A stretch of 48,582 bases of DNA. It comes from Trypethelium eluteriae (taxonomy: Eukaryota). The stretch covers positions 1 to 48,582 of the forward strand of contig JAVECL010000122.1 in assembly GCA_051942245.1 (NCBI GenBank), written 5' to 3'. The translations under genes were made by a program, and so were the position numbers. The stretch's first letter is position 1, and every line of letters begins with the position of its first letter. The notes below the pieces were generated by a model, which had not been told where the DNA came from, did not search any database, and saw nothing but the letters and a program-made list of their open reading frames with translations. Below, piece by piece: positions 19,335-30,553 of the stretch.

Positions 19335-22300
19335 ATGGTCGGAACCTTGAGGAATATGGCTCGCCAAAACCACACGAGACCCGACAATTATCCAAAGCTC
19401 AGTGGATCTTTTGAGTCAATGAAGTGTGAATATGACGTGATCGTCATAGGGTCAGGATATGGAGCTGGTATTGCTGCGAGTCGAATGGCAAGGGCGGGCA
19501 AAAGTGTTGCTGTGCTAGAACTGAGCTGGGAGCGACGACGTAAGCTGTTATTGAGTATACGGTAACGGCGTTGACCCTGACCTTTCGCAGCTGGACATTA
19601 TCCCCACAGTTTAAGAAAATGCTTGAGTGATATGAGCGTTTCTGGGGATTCAACCAGGCATCGGAGACTATCTAAGTGGTTCCCATCTGGGGGTCCTTCC
19701 GGCGCTACTCGCCTTTATCAGCTCCTTCTTGGTGATGGGCAGCATGCGTTTACGGCTCATGGTCAGCTTTTCAGTGTCCAAGCCCGTCGAAATGCTAATT
19801 GAAACAGGCCTCGGAGGTGGCTCTCTGATTAATGCAGGCGTATTTCTCAAGGCAGGTGGGGAGATCTTTCAGATGAGCGCTTGGCCGCCGGAAATTAGGA
19901 ATGATCCCTTGGCAATGCAGCTTTGTTGGTCTATTCACTCGTCAACTTGTCTCGTTCTAACCGAGATAGATTACTCACGAGCTTCTACAATGCTTCAACC
20001 GACAGTTTATCCAGAGGCCTCTAAACGACTCAAGAAGTCGGACAATCTTCGAGAAATTTTCAGTTCGGACAGCTTCTCTAAAGTGCCACTTACTATATCA
20101 TTTAGGAATTCCCGAAACAGTACTGGTGTTGAGACTCGGGCAAACACCGGGACTGGCCAAGAGTGTACAGGACTTAATGATGGATCCAAAAACTCCATTG
20201 CTACGACTTATCTCACCGACGCGTGGAATTGGGGTACTAAGATATTTTGTGGTTGCGAAGTATTATATGTAGAGCAATCGCGCGACAAATCAGGGTACTT
20301 GATTCATTTCGCTTGGCATGGGGGCAGAAGAGCACAGTTTAGAGACGAGTTCAAGTCACAGACATTTTGGGTCAAGGCGGTATGTGTAACATTTATCGTT
20401 GAACCTGGCTTACGACCTGTCAGAGAGAATTCTGCTTTATCGGAGCTGGTACAATTGGCTCAACAGAGATTCTGCTTCGTTCGAGGAAGAATGGCATGAA
20501 GATGTCCTCGTTGGTGGGAAGAAACATGTCTGGCAACGGAGATTTCCTCTTCTTCGGTCAATGCTCAGACCAGTCACCTATGTGGCTACTAAGAGCGTTC
20601 AGGATATAACGGTCTTGCAAATGTTAATGGGATCTCTCGAGAGCGTCTCGATGCCAAGGACCCGCCGGGGCCAGTTATAACAGCTATGGTCGAAAATCGG
20701 GTCGATCAGCACGATCCATTATCCCGATACATTGTTCAAGACGGCTGCATCCCTGGACCCCTTACTCCGTTTATACAGATCATGCTGATTCTGCAAACCT
20801 TCACAAGCGATATGATCCTATTTCGTAACCCTCTGCTTCAGGTGCAGAAGACCATAGCTGCCATTAAGTCACTAGTGTTCGGCGTCTATGCCAAAAACGG
20901 AGCCATCCAGCGTACAGCGACATACCTGTTGATGTGCCATGATAGCAACGAAACAGTTTTGAAGCTTGATTGTGACAGACCAGTCCTACGTGGGACCCCC
21001 GAGAGTCGAATAGAACATTTCAATAAGATGACACTGAAACTGAACGAAGGAATATCGCGTTTTGGTGCAAAGATGGGATATTCGTATTTCTTCGGTACGT
21101 ATAGTATCCCTAGTTCTCATATGTTCTAAATCTTCCCAAGGCCAATCGAAAGAAGAAGTCTCTGTTCATCCTCTTGGAGGAGCAAATATGAGCCGTGATG
21201 GAACCGGACGTGAAGGTGTAACTAATAGTCTTGGAGAGGTTTTCACTAGCCATGGAAGCAAAGTATATCCCGGGCTTGTATGTTGTGACGCCTCGGTTAT
21301 ACCAACGTCTTTAGGTCTGAATGATGTTATTTCTATAGTAGTATGATCCATTTAACACAGTCCAGGCGTCAATCCTCTTGCAACGATCTCTGCTCTTGCG
21401 GAACGCTCTGTAGCTTCGCTGGCAGAGAAATACGACTTTAGTATTGACCTAGAGACACGAAACGGCAATCTAGATGCCTCCAGCAGACCAATGAAGGTTT
21501 TGATTGACCAAAAGCTTCCACCAGCATCGTTTTCAGTAGAGAAGGATGCATCGACCCTTGGCTGGCAGTTCACAGAGGTCTTCAGGGGAGATATCTACAT
21601 CGATTCGAACTCCTCAGATCTCACAGCATCCGAGTCTTTGCATACGCAAAGCCGCTCACCACAAACTATAGTGGCTTATCTCACCACGGAAATTTACCGA
21701 AAAATTGGAGGTATGTGATCGTGGACCCTGGAGTTGCCCTTATAGGAATCCACCACTAACCATTCCATAGACAGATCAATGCCGTGGTATGAAGGAAGAT
21801 GTACGGGGGTTGTATCATGTTCAGCACTGTCCCGCTATCCTCTTAGGATAACCATGGGAAAGGTCGAGTTTTTGACTCAGCAAAAAGAGGCTGCGGAAGC
21901 AAAGATCATTTCGTATAACCTGCAGCTCATCTCAGTTGAAGGCACGCAATACCACTTTAGAGGACAAAAGACCATTGACTCGAGCATCTTCTTGTCTGTA
22001 CGAAGAACTTGGCAGGCAACAACAACTGTGAGCATCACCATCAGCGCCGCGAATGGATTGAAAATCGGACGAGGTGTGATGAAAATCTCCTGGACCCGGT
22101 TTCAACGACAGATGAAGACTTTTAGCTGCACCACAAACCTCAATATGGGCACCTTCCTCGCATTACTTGCCTTTCTCCTATCCTTCGCTTATCAAGTGCT
22201 TATTTTCTTCTTTCGACCCTTTGCACCTGCTCAAACTGCGAGACCCTCCAAGACCCTTGTTTCCAGCAATGAATCCGATCAGAATATGAAAGCGGGGCGT

Positions 22301-23332
22301 TCTCGCAACTACACTCTGGAAACTAGAGATGGAGTAAAGGTTCAGCTTGAGAGGTATGACGGAATGAGCCCAGGCCTCGGACGCAGCAAGATCGAGGGTC
22401 CGCCAGTCCTCTTCTTGCCTGGAGTCACTGGCGTTGGCGCGAAACATAACCTCTTTGCATTGCCGTATCTACGTTGCAACATGGTGAAGTATTTCACAGA
22501 GCGTGGATATCGCTGCTATGCCCTAACTCCCCGTTGGGGATGCGAAGAGTCGGTCGCAAAACGATCAACCGTATATGACTGCCGCCTTGACGTCGTTGCC
22601 GCGCTCGATTTTATCAACGCCCTGGAGTCGCAGAAGCCATATGTTGTCGCACATTGCCAAGGGTCCGTGTGTCTTGGAATGGGCCTTTTAGATGGCACGA
22701 TTCGCAGCGACCGGATTCTGGGTATCTCTGCAAACTCGGTATTTATACATCAAACATTTGCATACTGGAATTCTCTGAAGGGGCGCACGACGGCTCTCAT
22801 CAATATCTACGAGATGCTCTCCGGCAATTTCTTTCCAATGGTTGGCGACAACAAGCTGTTCCAGCGAGTGCTAGATGCTCTCCTACGATTCTATCCTGTT
22901 AGTAGGCGTCGAGATCTCTGTGCTTCGACTGCCTGTCACCGAACTTCATTCGGTTTCGGCTTGCTCTGTAACCACGAGAATCTGAATGCGCACACTCACG
23001 ACAATATACACCACTTCTTTGCTGGCACTCACACGAACTTGCTGAAGCATGTCGTGCGCATGGGAGCGCGTGGATGGTGTCTAAGCAATGATCTGCAGCC
23101 GCTCTTGACACCGCCGAATCTGCAAAGACTGAAAAGCTTGCCGATCCTGTTCATCTCTGGGACCGATAATGAAGTTTTCGATCCAGAGTCCACTCTACGA
23201 GATTATGAGATGTTGCGACGGCAGTTCGGCGAGCAGCACTATCGCCGCTTTCTAGTTGAAGGATACGGACACCTCGATCCAATTGTTGGCAAAGATGCCG
23301 CGAGTGATGTGTATTCATGGGAGACGCGGTGA
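19335..23332 (+). CDS. Multi-exon cholesterol-oxidase-like GMC FAD oxidoreductase fused to a C-terminal alpha/beta-hydrolase domain
   Basis: FAD motif VIGSGYGAGIAASRMA. Intron 19540-19590 and the next GT-AG intron restore AHGLGGGSLINAG. Further GMC motifs GLNDGSKNS, HPLGGA and CCDASVIPTSLG(V)NP. Hydrolase part has VAHCQGS and GYGHLD. The track ORFs at 19335, 19729, 20686, 21062, 21491 and 21779 are its exons. Confidence 0.85.
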
Positions 23333-23589
23333 GCTCTCTCAAGACGGAAAAGTCTCGATCGATGACAAAATCGCCCACTCCGTATGCATTGAGGAAGTCC
23401 GAGATGAGAGCGATTAGGGGTGAGTGTTATTCCAATGGTAGGGGCGCAAGAAGAGCGCTTTACCTCAGAAAGTATCGGACTAGTAAGGGGACCCTCCCCT
23501 TTGCCTTTGGAGGTCTTCCCCTACATTGCTGCCAAGTACACCGGTTCGTTTCGAGCGAATTCAAGACTATTTATTCATTTAGGACGAAC

Positions 23590-23915
23590 TAGGTCTATGG
23601 TCTGTCCCATATGCTAAGGCCTGTAGATCGACTGCGTCTGGTTTGTGACGCCCTTCACAGCCTGCAGACCAGCTCTCTCTGGCCTGTGACCTATTCTATG
23701 GCCTGGTCTGTGGTCTGTTCTATTGCCTGTACATTAATTGCATGCCTTAGACGCGTTCTACAGCCTGCAGTGTGGCCATCAACGCGTCCTGAAGGCTGTA
23801 GACCGAGGCTCTATCGTCTGTGGCCTGTTCTGTAGCCTGTGGACCGATGACCAGCGGCCTAAGACGTGTGTGTTCTATGGCCTGTAGCCCGGACTATATA
23901 AGGGCCTGTAGCCTC
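23590..23915. repeat. Degenerate GCCTGT(A/G)G / CTATGGCCTG minisatellite-like tract
   Basis: About ten imperfect copies. Local 12-nt period reads QAIE-QTTD-QAIE-*VTG on the minus strand. Confidence 0.5.
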
Positions 23916-24333
23916 CCCCTCTGCCAGTGAGAGGTACACTCTTAAAGTCGCTCAAAACGATTAGGCGTGCTTGGCAGTGACGTAGGGGAGGATCCCCGTG
24001 CCTACTCTAACACCGGTCCGCTTCCGCCGTGCCACTTCGCCGCTGGATAGCCCTCTTGCACTTTCGTCAATGAAGGAATTTCTGAGCTCCCATTCCGTGT
24101 CGCGTCATCTCTCTTATCAGTGTCTGAAGATGCCAAAATCCTGCACTTTTTGCCAAGAAGGGCCTAGTCATTGGGCGGGGAAAGCTGATGTGACCTACCA
24201 GGACCGCCCGAGGCCGCTCAATATGTAAGAAGACGGAAACCCACCGACGCCATGTACCAACCGCGGATTCTTCGTTGCAATTGAAGCACTCTGGGAGCGA
24301 CGGCCGTGCTTCGAAGCCGGGAAGCTACCTAAC

Positions 24334-25965
24334 ATGAAGCTTACAATCCTGTCCCTCCTCGCACTGGGGTCCGACGCTGTCCTCAGCCTAGAGGCCAAGT
24401 GCTTGGGCTCCGACCCTCTCACCGTCCGAACCTCCACGGGCACATACACGGGGCTCATCGATCCCAAGTTTTCGAAAACACGCCAATTCCGCGCCATCCC
24501 GTTCGCAAAGCCGCCCGTGCTGTCGCGCCGTTGGCTACCGCCGCAGAAGCTTTCATCTCCGCCGAGCGAACACCACTATGCGACGCGGTTCCCGCCGTCA
24601 TGCCCGCAGTTCGTGACGGCGGTGACCTCGCTCTGGAACCAGAACCTGACCAAGGGCAACCTGATCTATAACGGCCAGCAGAACGACTCATCGGGGCTGG
24701 TAGGGGAGGCCACGTCCGAGGACTGCCTGTACCTGGCCATATGGACGCCGACAGCCGCCGCGCCGCCGGCGGCCGCCGGGCTCCCCGTTCTCTTCTTCAT
24801 GACGGGGGGCGGCTTCGTAATCGGCGGTGTCGACATCCCGTGGCAGCTGCCGCCATCGTGGGTCGAGCGGTCGCAGTCGCACATCGTCGTCACCATCAAC
24901 TACCGCCTCAACATCTTCGGCTTCCCCAACGCGCGCGGACTGGCGGACGGCCACCAGAACCTCGGTATCCTCGACCAGCGTGCCGCGCTGGAATGGGTCC
25001 GCGACAACATTGCAGCCTTCGGCGGCGACCCGGCTCGCATCACGCTGTGGGGGCAGTCGGCTGGGTCTATCGGCGCGGACTACCATGCCTATGCTTTCTA
25101 CCAAGATCCTATCGCCCAAGCCTACTTCATGCAGTCGGGGACGGTCTTCTCTACCTCACCACCTCAGGATCCGACGCATTCCAACTTCAGCTTCGTGGCG
25201 CGCCATGTTGGGTGCGAGGCCCCCTCCGGCGGCGACGACGACGACGACGACGAAGACGGCGCGGCGGAGCTCGACTGCATGCGCCGGGTGTCGTTCGCAC
25301 AGATCGAGAACTTCATCGGACAGTACGGCGATCGGGGTAAGACGCCGGCGCTGTCCTTCAACGTGATTCCCGACGACCGCATCGTGTTCAGTGACTGCGA
25401 GGCGCGGTCTGAGGCAGGCAAGATTGCACGCGCGCCGGCCATCATCTCGAACACGGCCAACGAGTGGTCGTCGCTGGTTCCGTATCCGGTGGACAACCTG
25501 ACCACGGGCCCGTACCAGCCGGCAGTCACCGCTGGGGACATTTCGTTCGGCGTGTGTCCGACTTTCAACTCTACCGTGTATCGGAACCGGATGGACTTGC
25601 CCGTTTTCCGGTTCCAGCATGCGGGCACGTTTCCCAATTTGAATCATCTCAAGTGGCTTGGCGCTTACCATGCTAGCGACTTGCCGATAATCTTTGGGAC
25701 GTATGGGCTTCTGGATGATATAGCGAACACCACCAGGTTCGAAGTCGAGGTCAGTCAGTCAATGCAGGACCATGTTCTCGCCTTCGTCAAGGATCCGTTT
25801 CGTGGCCCGCAGAAGACGATGGGCTGGATGCCGCTGGTTGCTAGTGATCCACATGGTGGAGATCTCATCCGCTTCGGCGCTGACGGTAAGGTATCGCAGC
25901 ACGTTAACGGTATTGAGGTGGATGGAGTATGTCAGGGAGTAGGAGAATACAATCCGTTCCCGTGA
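24334..25965 (+). CDS. Secreted type-B carboxylesterase/lipase
   Basis: Signal peptide MKLTILSLLALG; SEDCLYL; GGGF oxyanion loop; NYRLNIFGF; FGGDP; GQSAG nucleophile; candidate triad E (ANEW) and H (AYHASD). Intronless, GC-rich. Confidence 0.93.
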   Translation: MKLTILSLLALGSDAVLSLEAKCLGSDPLTVRTSTGTYTGLIDPKFSKTRQFRAIPFAKPPVLSRRWLPPQKLSSPPSEHHYATRFPPSCPQFVTAVTSLWNQNLTKGNLIYNGQQNDSSGLVGEATSEDCLYLAIWTPTAAAPPAAAGLPVLFFMTGGGFVIGGVDIPWQLPPSWVERSQSHIVVTINYRLNIFGFPNARGLADGHQNLGILDQRAALEWVRDNIAAFGGDPARITLWGQSAGSIGADYHAYAFYQDPIAQAYFMQSGTVFSTSPPQDPTHSNFSFVARHVGCEAPSGGDDDDDDEDGAAELDCMRRVSFAQIENFIGQYGDRGKTPALSFNVIPDDRIVFSDCEARSEAGKIARAPAIISNTANEWSSLVPYPVDNLTTGPYQPAVTAGDISFGVCPTFNSTVYRNRMDLPVFRFQHAGTFPNLNHLKWLGAYHASDLPIIFGTYGLLDDIANTTRFEVEVSQSMQDHVLAFVKDPFRGPQKTMGWMPLVASDPHGGDLIRFGADGKVSQHVNGIEVDGVCQGVGEYNPFP

Positions 25966-26451
25966 GGAGCATTCAAGTATAAGGTCGATATCTATCTTAA
26001 TATAGGTTAGGTGCTTATAGAACTAAAGTTAGCTCCTCTTGAGTAGATCTAGACAGACCTAAGCAGTGCCTTAGCAGTGCCTCAGCAGTATCGAAACTAA
26101 CCTAAGCTATACCGAAGCCAGCCTACCTATACAGACCTAAGGAGAAGCTAAGCATCCCAAGCATAATTTAAACCGATGTCGAGCCGGTGGCTTGGATTAC
26201 CACTTTCAGCCTAGTGTAGCACTAACTGATCTAGGTAACGAGCGCCCGATAGCGAACCCTCTTCGGTGTGAACAGCTGCCTGTTAGCGGCGTCACCGACT
26301 AATACCCTAGAGATATTGCCTACTCTGTTGCAGCTAGATGAGATACCAAGCCCATCTTTTTGATCCCAGTATCGCGAAGCACTTCATTAGGTCAACCGAC
26401 TGTACTACTAGTTTCGTCTTGAAGCAACGTTCTGATACACTGCTCCAGAGC

Positions 26452-28818
26452 ATGCCTAGCTACGTAGGTTTCTAGCTCGCACTGGATCTAGCCAGTATAT
26501 TTCCGGTAAAGGAAGTGGCGGAACGGTCATTTCAAAAGTTCATTGCTTTTGCTTCTGAGCTTCGTAAATCTGGATCGGACATTGTGGTCGAAGCAAATCT
26601 TGCCGAAGTATTTGGAAGAGGCAATATTTCTTCAGAACTGGAGCAAGCTTTCAAGAGCAAAGTGGCTGTCCAAAACATCAAGCCTAAGCCGTTATTTGAT
26701 GGCTCCACTATTGAGTTACGCGAAGGTCCCGGACCCACACTGCTGCGCGCCTTCGAGGATAAGACTAAGATTTATATGTCAACCGTTATTACATTGTCGA
26801 TGCTCTCATCGTTCCAGAATACAGAAGACCTCGCCACCACTATCGACTGGGCTTTGAACAAAAGATTCGAGATTCGTATGCCCGAGTCCTCACAGTCCCC
26901 AGGCTACGAGGGTATTTTGGGCACACTACAATCTTGTAGCTCCCAGTATAGTGAATTCCTATGGAAGGACTATATAGATCGTATCGAAGCTAAGCTACAG
27001 TCATCCATCCCGAACATCATCATCGACCCTGATAGCCTACGACTTACTCCGACTGTATTCTTAGGAGCTATTGACTTTCTGTATGCCGCACAACGCTGGC
27101 CAGAGGCTCGGAAAGTCACTGTATCTATCGACGTCGGTTGTGTTCCCTTAATTATCTGGGCGCACTATGTATTGGGCATGACAGTTGTCGTCAGTGGATG
27201 CCCTAAAGGCGACGTCGTTTTTAGTAATGGAAAAGAAGATCAAGTTTTTATTACCTGGGAAGGACGAGAGAGAGGATGGAATGAACAAGAATTCTTGCCT
27301 ACCGAAAGAGAAGATATTGATCCGACCATTCGGCTGCTTGACAGCGAATCGAATATCATTCTTGCCTGCGAGCCCGACGAGGAAGGAGGATTGACCTCAC
27401 GGGTGGACGAGCGGCATCCCCTGAGAGGTTACGGCACTACTTACCTGCGGCGATTATTCAATTTGAATTTTATCACCATGGAGAATGAACCTATCTACCC
27501 GGAAGCTGTAGGACTCATCACAGGCCTTGCACTCTCCGCTTCGTCCAGGATGGGCCGAGATGTCTGTTCCGACGCCAGAGTGACCGGACAGGATAGCAAA
27601 TTAGAGACTGTAGCCGGCGAAGATATACAGCTGGAAAGTTGGAGAGTTTTAGAGTCCGCCGTTCTTATCTTTTCTGGTCTTCCGGTGGATGAGAGTAAGG
27701 CCTCTACTTACGAAGAAGTCTACTCCAGACAGTCTGTTAATTATGACACCCTACCCAGTGCCCTCTATGCATTTCTCAGAAAAGTCGGCAAGGGTCACTC
27801 TTACACAATTGCAGCGGATGGCTTGATAAGGGAAGTACGGTATCTAGCAAAGATAGTGCTCTTGTTTGCGCATGTAGTGGAACTGCAGAAGTGCGCGATG
27901 ATGCCTTTGATTATGAAACAAGGTCAGACTCGGCCCTGGCCCTTTGCTCCAGATATCATCCGGTACCCGCGCGAAAGAGGTTTCATCCGACCCACCGAAG
28001 TATTCCATGGCATTGTCCGACTCCTTTCTTCTACCGTGCTCGACAATAGCGATGATCGAAGAGGTCATCCAAGTCGAACCCAATTTCTGTTTCTTTGTAG
28101 CGATTTTGGCTGGAGCGTATATCTCAATACCGTGGGAAAGCTAGATCCAGCAGATGTGAGACCAGAACTTATTCGCATTGGCAAAGGCGTCCCTACCAAC
28201 AAGAAGACCAATGAGCGCAAATTGCGCATTCGAGACGGTGTTAGATTTCGGAAGATGGCGCGACCAGCCTGCTTCCTGCTTAAGGAAGGACAAAGTTACA
28301 CGCCAAGAGCCGCGACGAAGAACTCTCATCGGAGGGAGTTCTACGCCTCAAGATCTCAGGAGTTCGAGCTTACCATCTACGTAGTCTTTGAGTTCACGAG
28401 CGAATTGCAACAGCATGCTGCTGGCCATTGGGGAAAATTCGATCAGACTTTTGGTTACCGAAAAATGCAGGAGGTACTGTGGCAAGCACTTCCCACACCA
28501 GAGTGCGAGCACAACGTGCGCGGCCAAGAAGTCATTCAAAGTCCTAGGGAGATCGAAATCGGGCCGGACGCCGTAGCACTTTTTGGCTATTCCAATGATG
28601 AGTTTGGTCTTCGTCGCAAGCCGTATTGGCAAAAACTGATAATATTCCTGACCCGTGGCGACCCAAATCTTCGCTGGGCCGCATTGAACTCACTGTTCAG
28701 AACGAGCTATGAAGAGGACCGGCACAGGAACACGATGCTGCGTACCGATCATTGCTGTGAGGAATGCGCATCTTCCTATGTCGCGTCACTCCCTGGTCGA
28801 TGGGCATTGATTCTTTGA
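26452..28818 (+). pseudogene. Unknown-function fungal protein (788 codons) with a single in-frame TAG at codon 8
   Basis: ATG 26452 MPSYVGF*LALDLASIFPVKEV continues in frame into the 767-aa track ORF, which starts at a GTG. C-terminal Cys motif TMLRTDHCCEECA. Confidence 0.7.
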
Positions 28819-29247
28819 CTTGATCCAGACGTACTTCCAGCACCTAGCATCTCCCACTACGTTGGCCAGAGCCACACTATATAATTCTCTTTTTCGTAGC
28901 TCCGTAGGTTTTTAGTCATAGTTTGGCAAACGGCGAAGCGTAGCAAAAGGCAAGGAATGATGGTAGAGCAGAGTTTTGTATCGTAAGTGAACTTGCTTTA
29001 CAATTGAGTAAAAATTCACCTCAGAGATACGTAAGAGCCTGAACTTGTAGCTTTACTAGTAAAATTTGGTGATAGGGTGTGACCTTCGGCGTCGTAGGGG
29101 TATTTGTGGAATTGACCGCAATCGCGAACTGTCTAAACTGCTCCCCGTATACGATAGCGTAGCCTGTGTCGGATATCATCAGAGATTGAAACATTCCTCC
29201 ATCACTGGTGGGTAACGACGAAAATGGCGAGTATGTGGAAGATGCTG

Positions 29248-30277
29248 TTACGCCGTGCCGTTTGTAGCTGAACTTCCAATGAACACAACTTCGACAGCTG
29301 CAAATGCGGCTGTTGCCGAGAATACCTCGACTCTTTTAGCTTCAGTCAACAAGGAAAGAGTCATAGAGAAGAGACCCGTGAATATAATAACCAGCGCGAT
29401 TCTAATTATCATTCGGCGCACAAAATAAAGAATGAGAATGGCAAGCGTTGGTAGAAGAGAGGACAGAGTACCGCTAAGGACCTTACTTAGTCTCAAAATC
29501 TTTGCGTCATCGTATTCTCTTATATCCTCAGCGCCATAGCGTGAGTCTGGACGCTGGAGGCTGTTAGATCTGGATTTATCATAAGCTTGGAATTGGGGCA
29601 GTCCACGAACTGTTTTCCTGTGGCCGTAGATACGGTCATAAAAAGTTAAGAGGGCACCATTCAGGAGAAATGTAAAGGCATCTCTGTCACTCTGCTGTGG
29701 TTGGATCGTCACAAAGTCTGAAATATTTGAATCGTCCCAAATTGTCCGTTCATGACCAACAAGGAAGTTGCTGCCCATCTTTGGCCGGACGAGCCAATTC
29801 TGTAAAAATTTGACATCCCGTTGGTGCGGAGAATTTGCTGCGCCAATCTGCCTAGCTGCTAATAGAGTCTTATCTGTTAAGCATGAGCAAATAGGTTCCA
29901 CGAAGGCCCTCCAATGTGGGAAACCCACCGTAATCTTTGAGTTTTTGACCAATTCGATTCAGAAGGTCATACTGAAGGGAGTCATTTGTGTCTGCAGAAT
30001 CTCTCATCAGATGGAAGTCCTGCGCATAGTCCATTCTGACTGGATCGTTAGATTCAGCGTCCTCCCGTCGGATTTCTTGAAGTTCGTGCTCCATGTCATG
30101 GAGTTCCGCTTGTAAGCGCAACAAATTAAGCATGTGAAGCTCTCTGAAGCGACGGAAGATCGTAGTTTCCGACGAGAAGCTCATCATCCGCGCAAGCTTT
30201 GGATAGCCCACAGGCGCGAGCTTCTCATTGCCAATCGCGTCTACAGCGCTAGCACTTGGGCCTTGAGCGCTGGACAT
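29248..30277 (-). CDS. DUF6594-like membrane protein (3 exons)
   Basis: GYPKLARMM...IFRRFRELHMLNLLRLQAELHDME N-terminal signature. C-terminal hydrophobic helices ending EVFSATAAFAAVEVVFIG. GT-AG introns at 29928-29874 and 29610-29554. Confidence 0.85.
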
Positions 30278-30553
30278 GACCAGATCTCGTTTGAGGTTGG
30301 TCAACTTGCAGTCAATGAATAAGAAACGTTAAAGTTATTGGTATCGAGATTGCTTATGAAGATTCCGTCGATCTCGCTCCGAGAATCGTAATTCGTAGCT
30401 GACCCGAACGTGGGCGGGCGAGGCTGAAACGCCACCTTGGTTGCAGGATTGATCTATGTCTTCTTCCAAAAGCCGGCAATCGGACTGCGCTCCAACAGCG
30501 ACTGTTGTTCTTTGTCCAAGCTTACAGGCTGTGATCACAAGCAATCACAAGTC

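Noticed and set aside
24399..25676. Long overlapping ORFs within the carboxylesterase, including the (GAC)n run
   Set aside because: High-GC shadow ORFs; the GAC run encodes the poly-Asp loop of the esterase.
26060..26092. Short 11-bp tandem AGCAGTGCCT(T/C)
   Set aside because: Only about 2.5 copies with no spacers; not a CRISPR array or a recognisable element.
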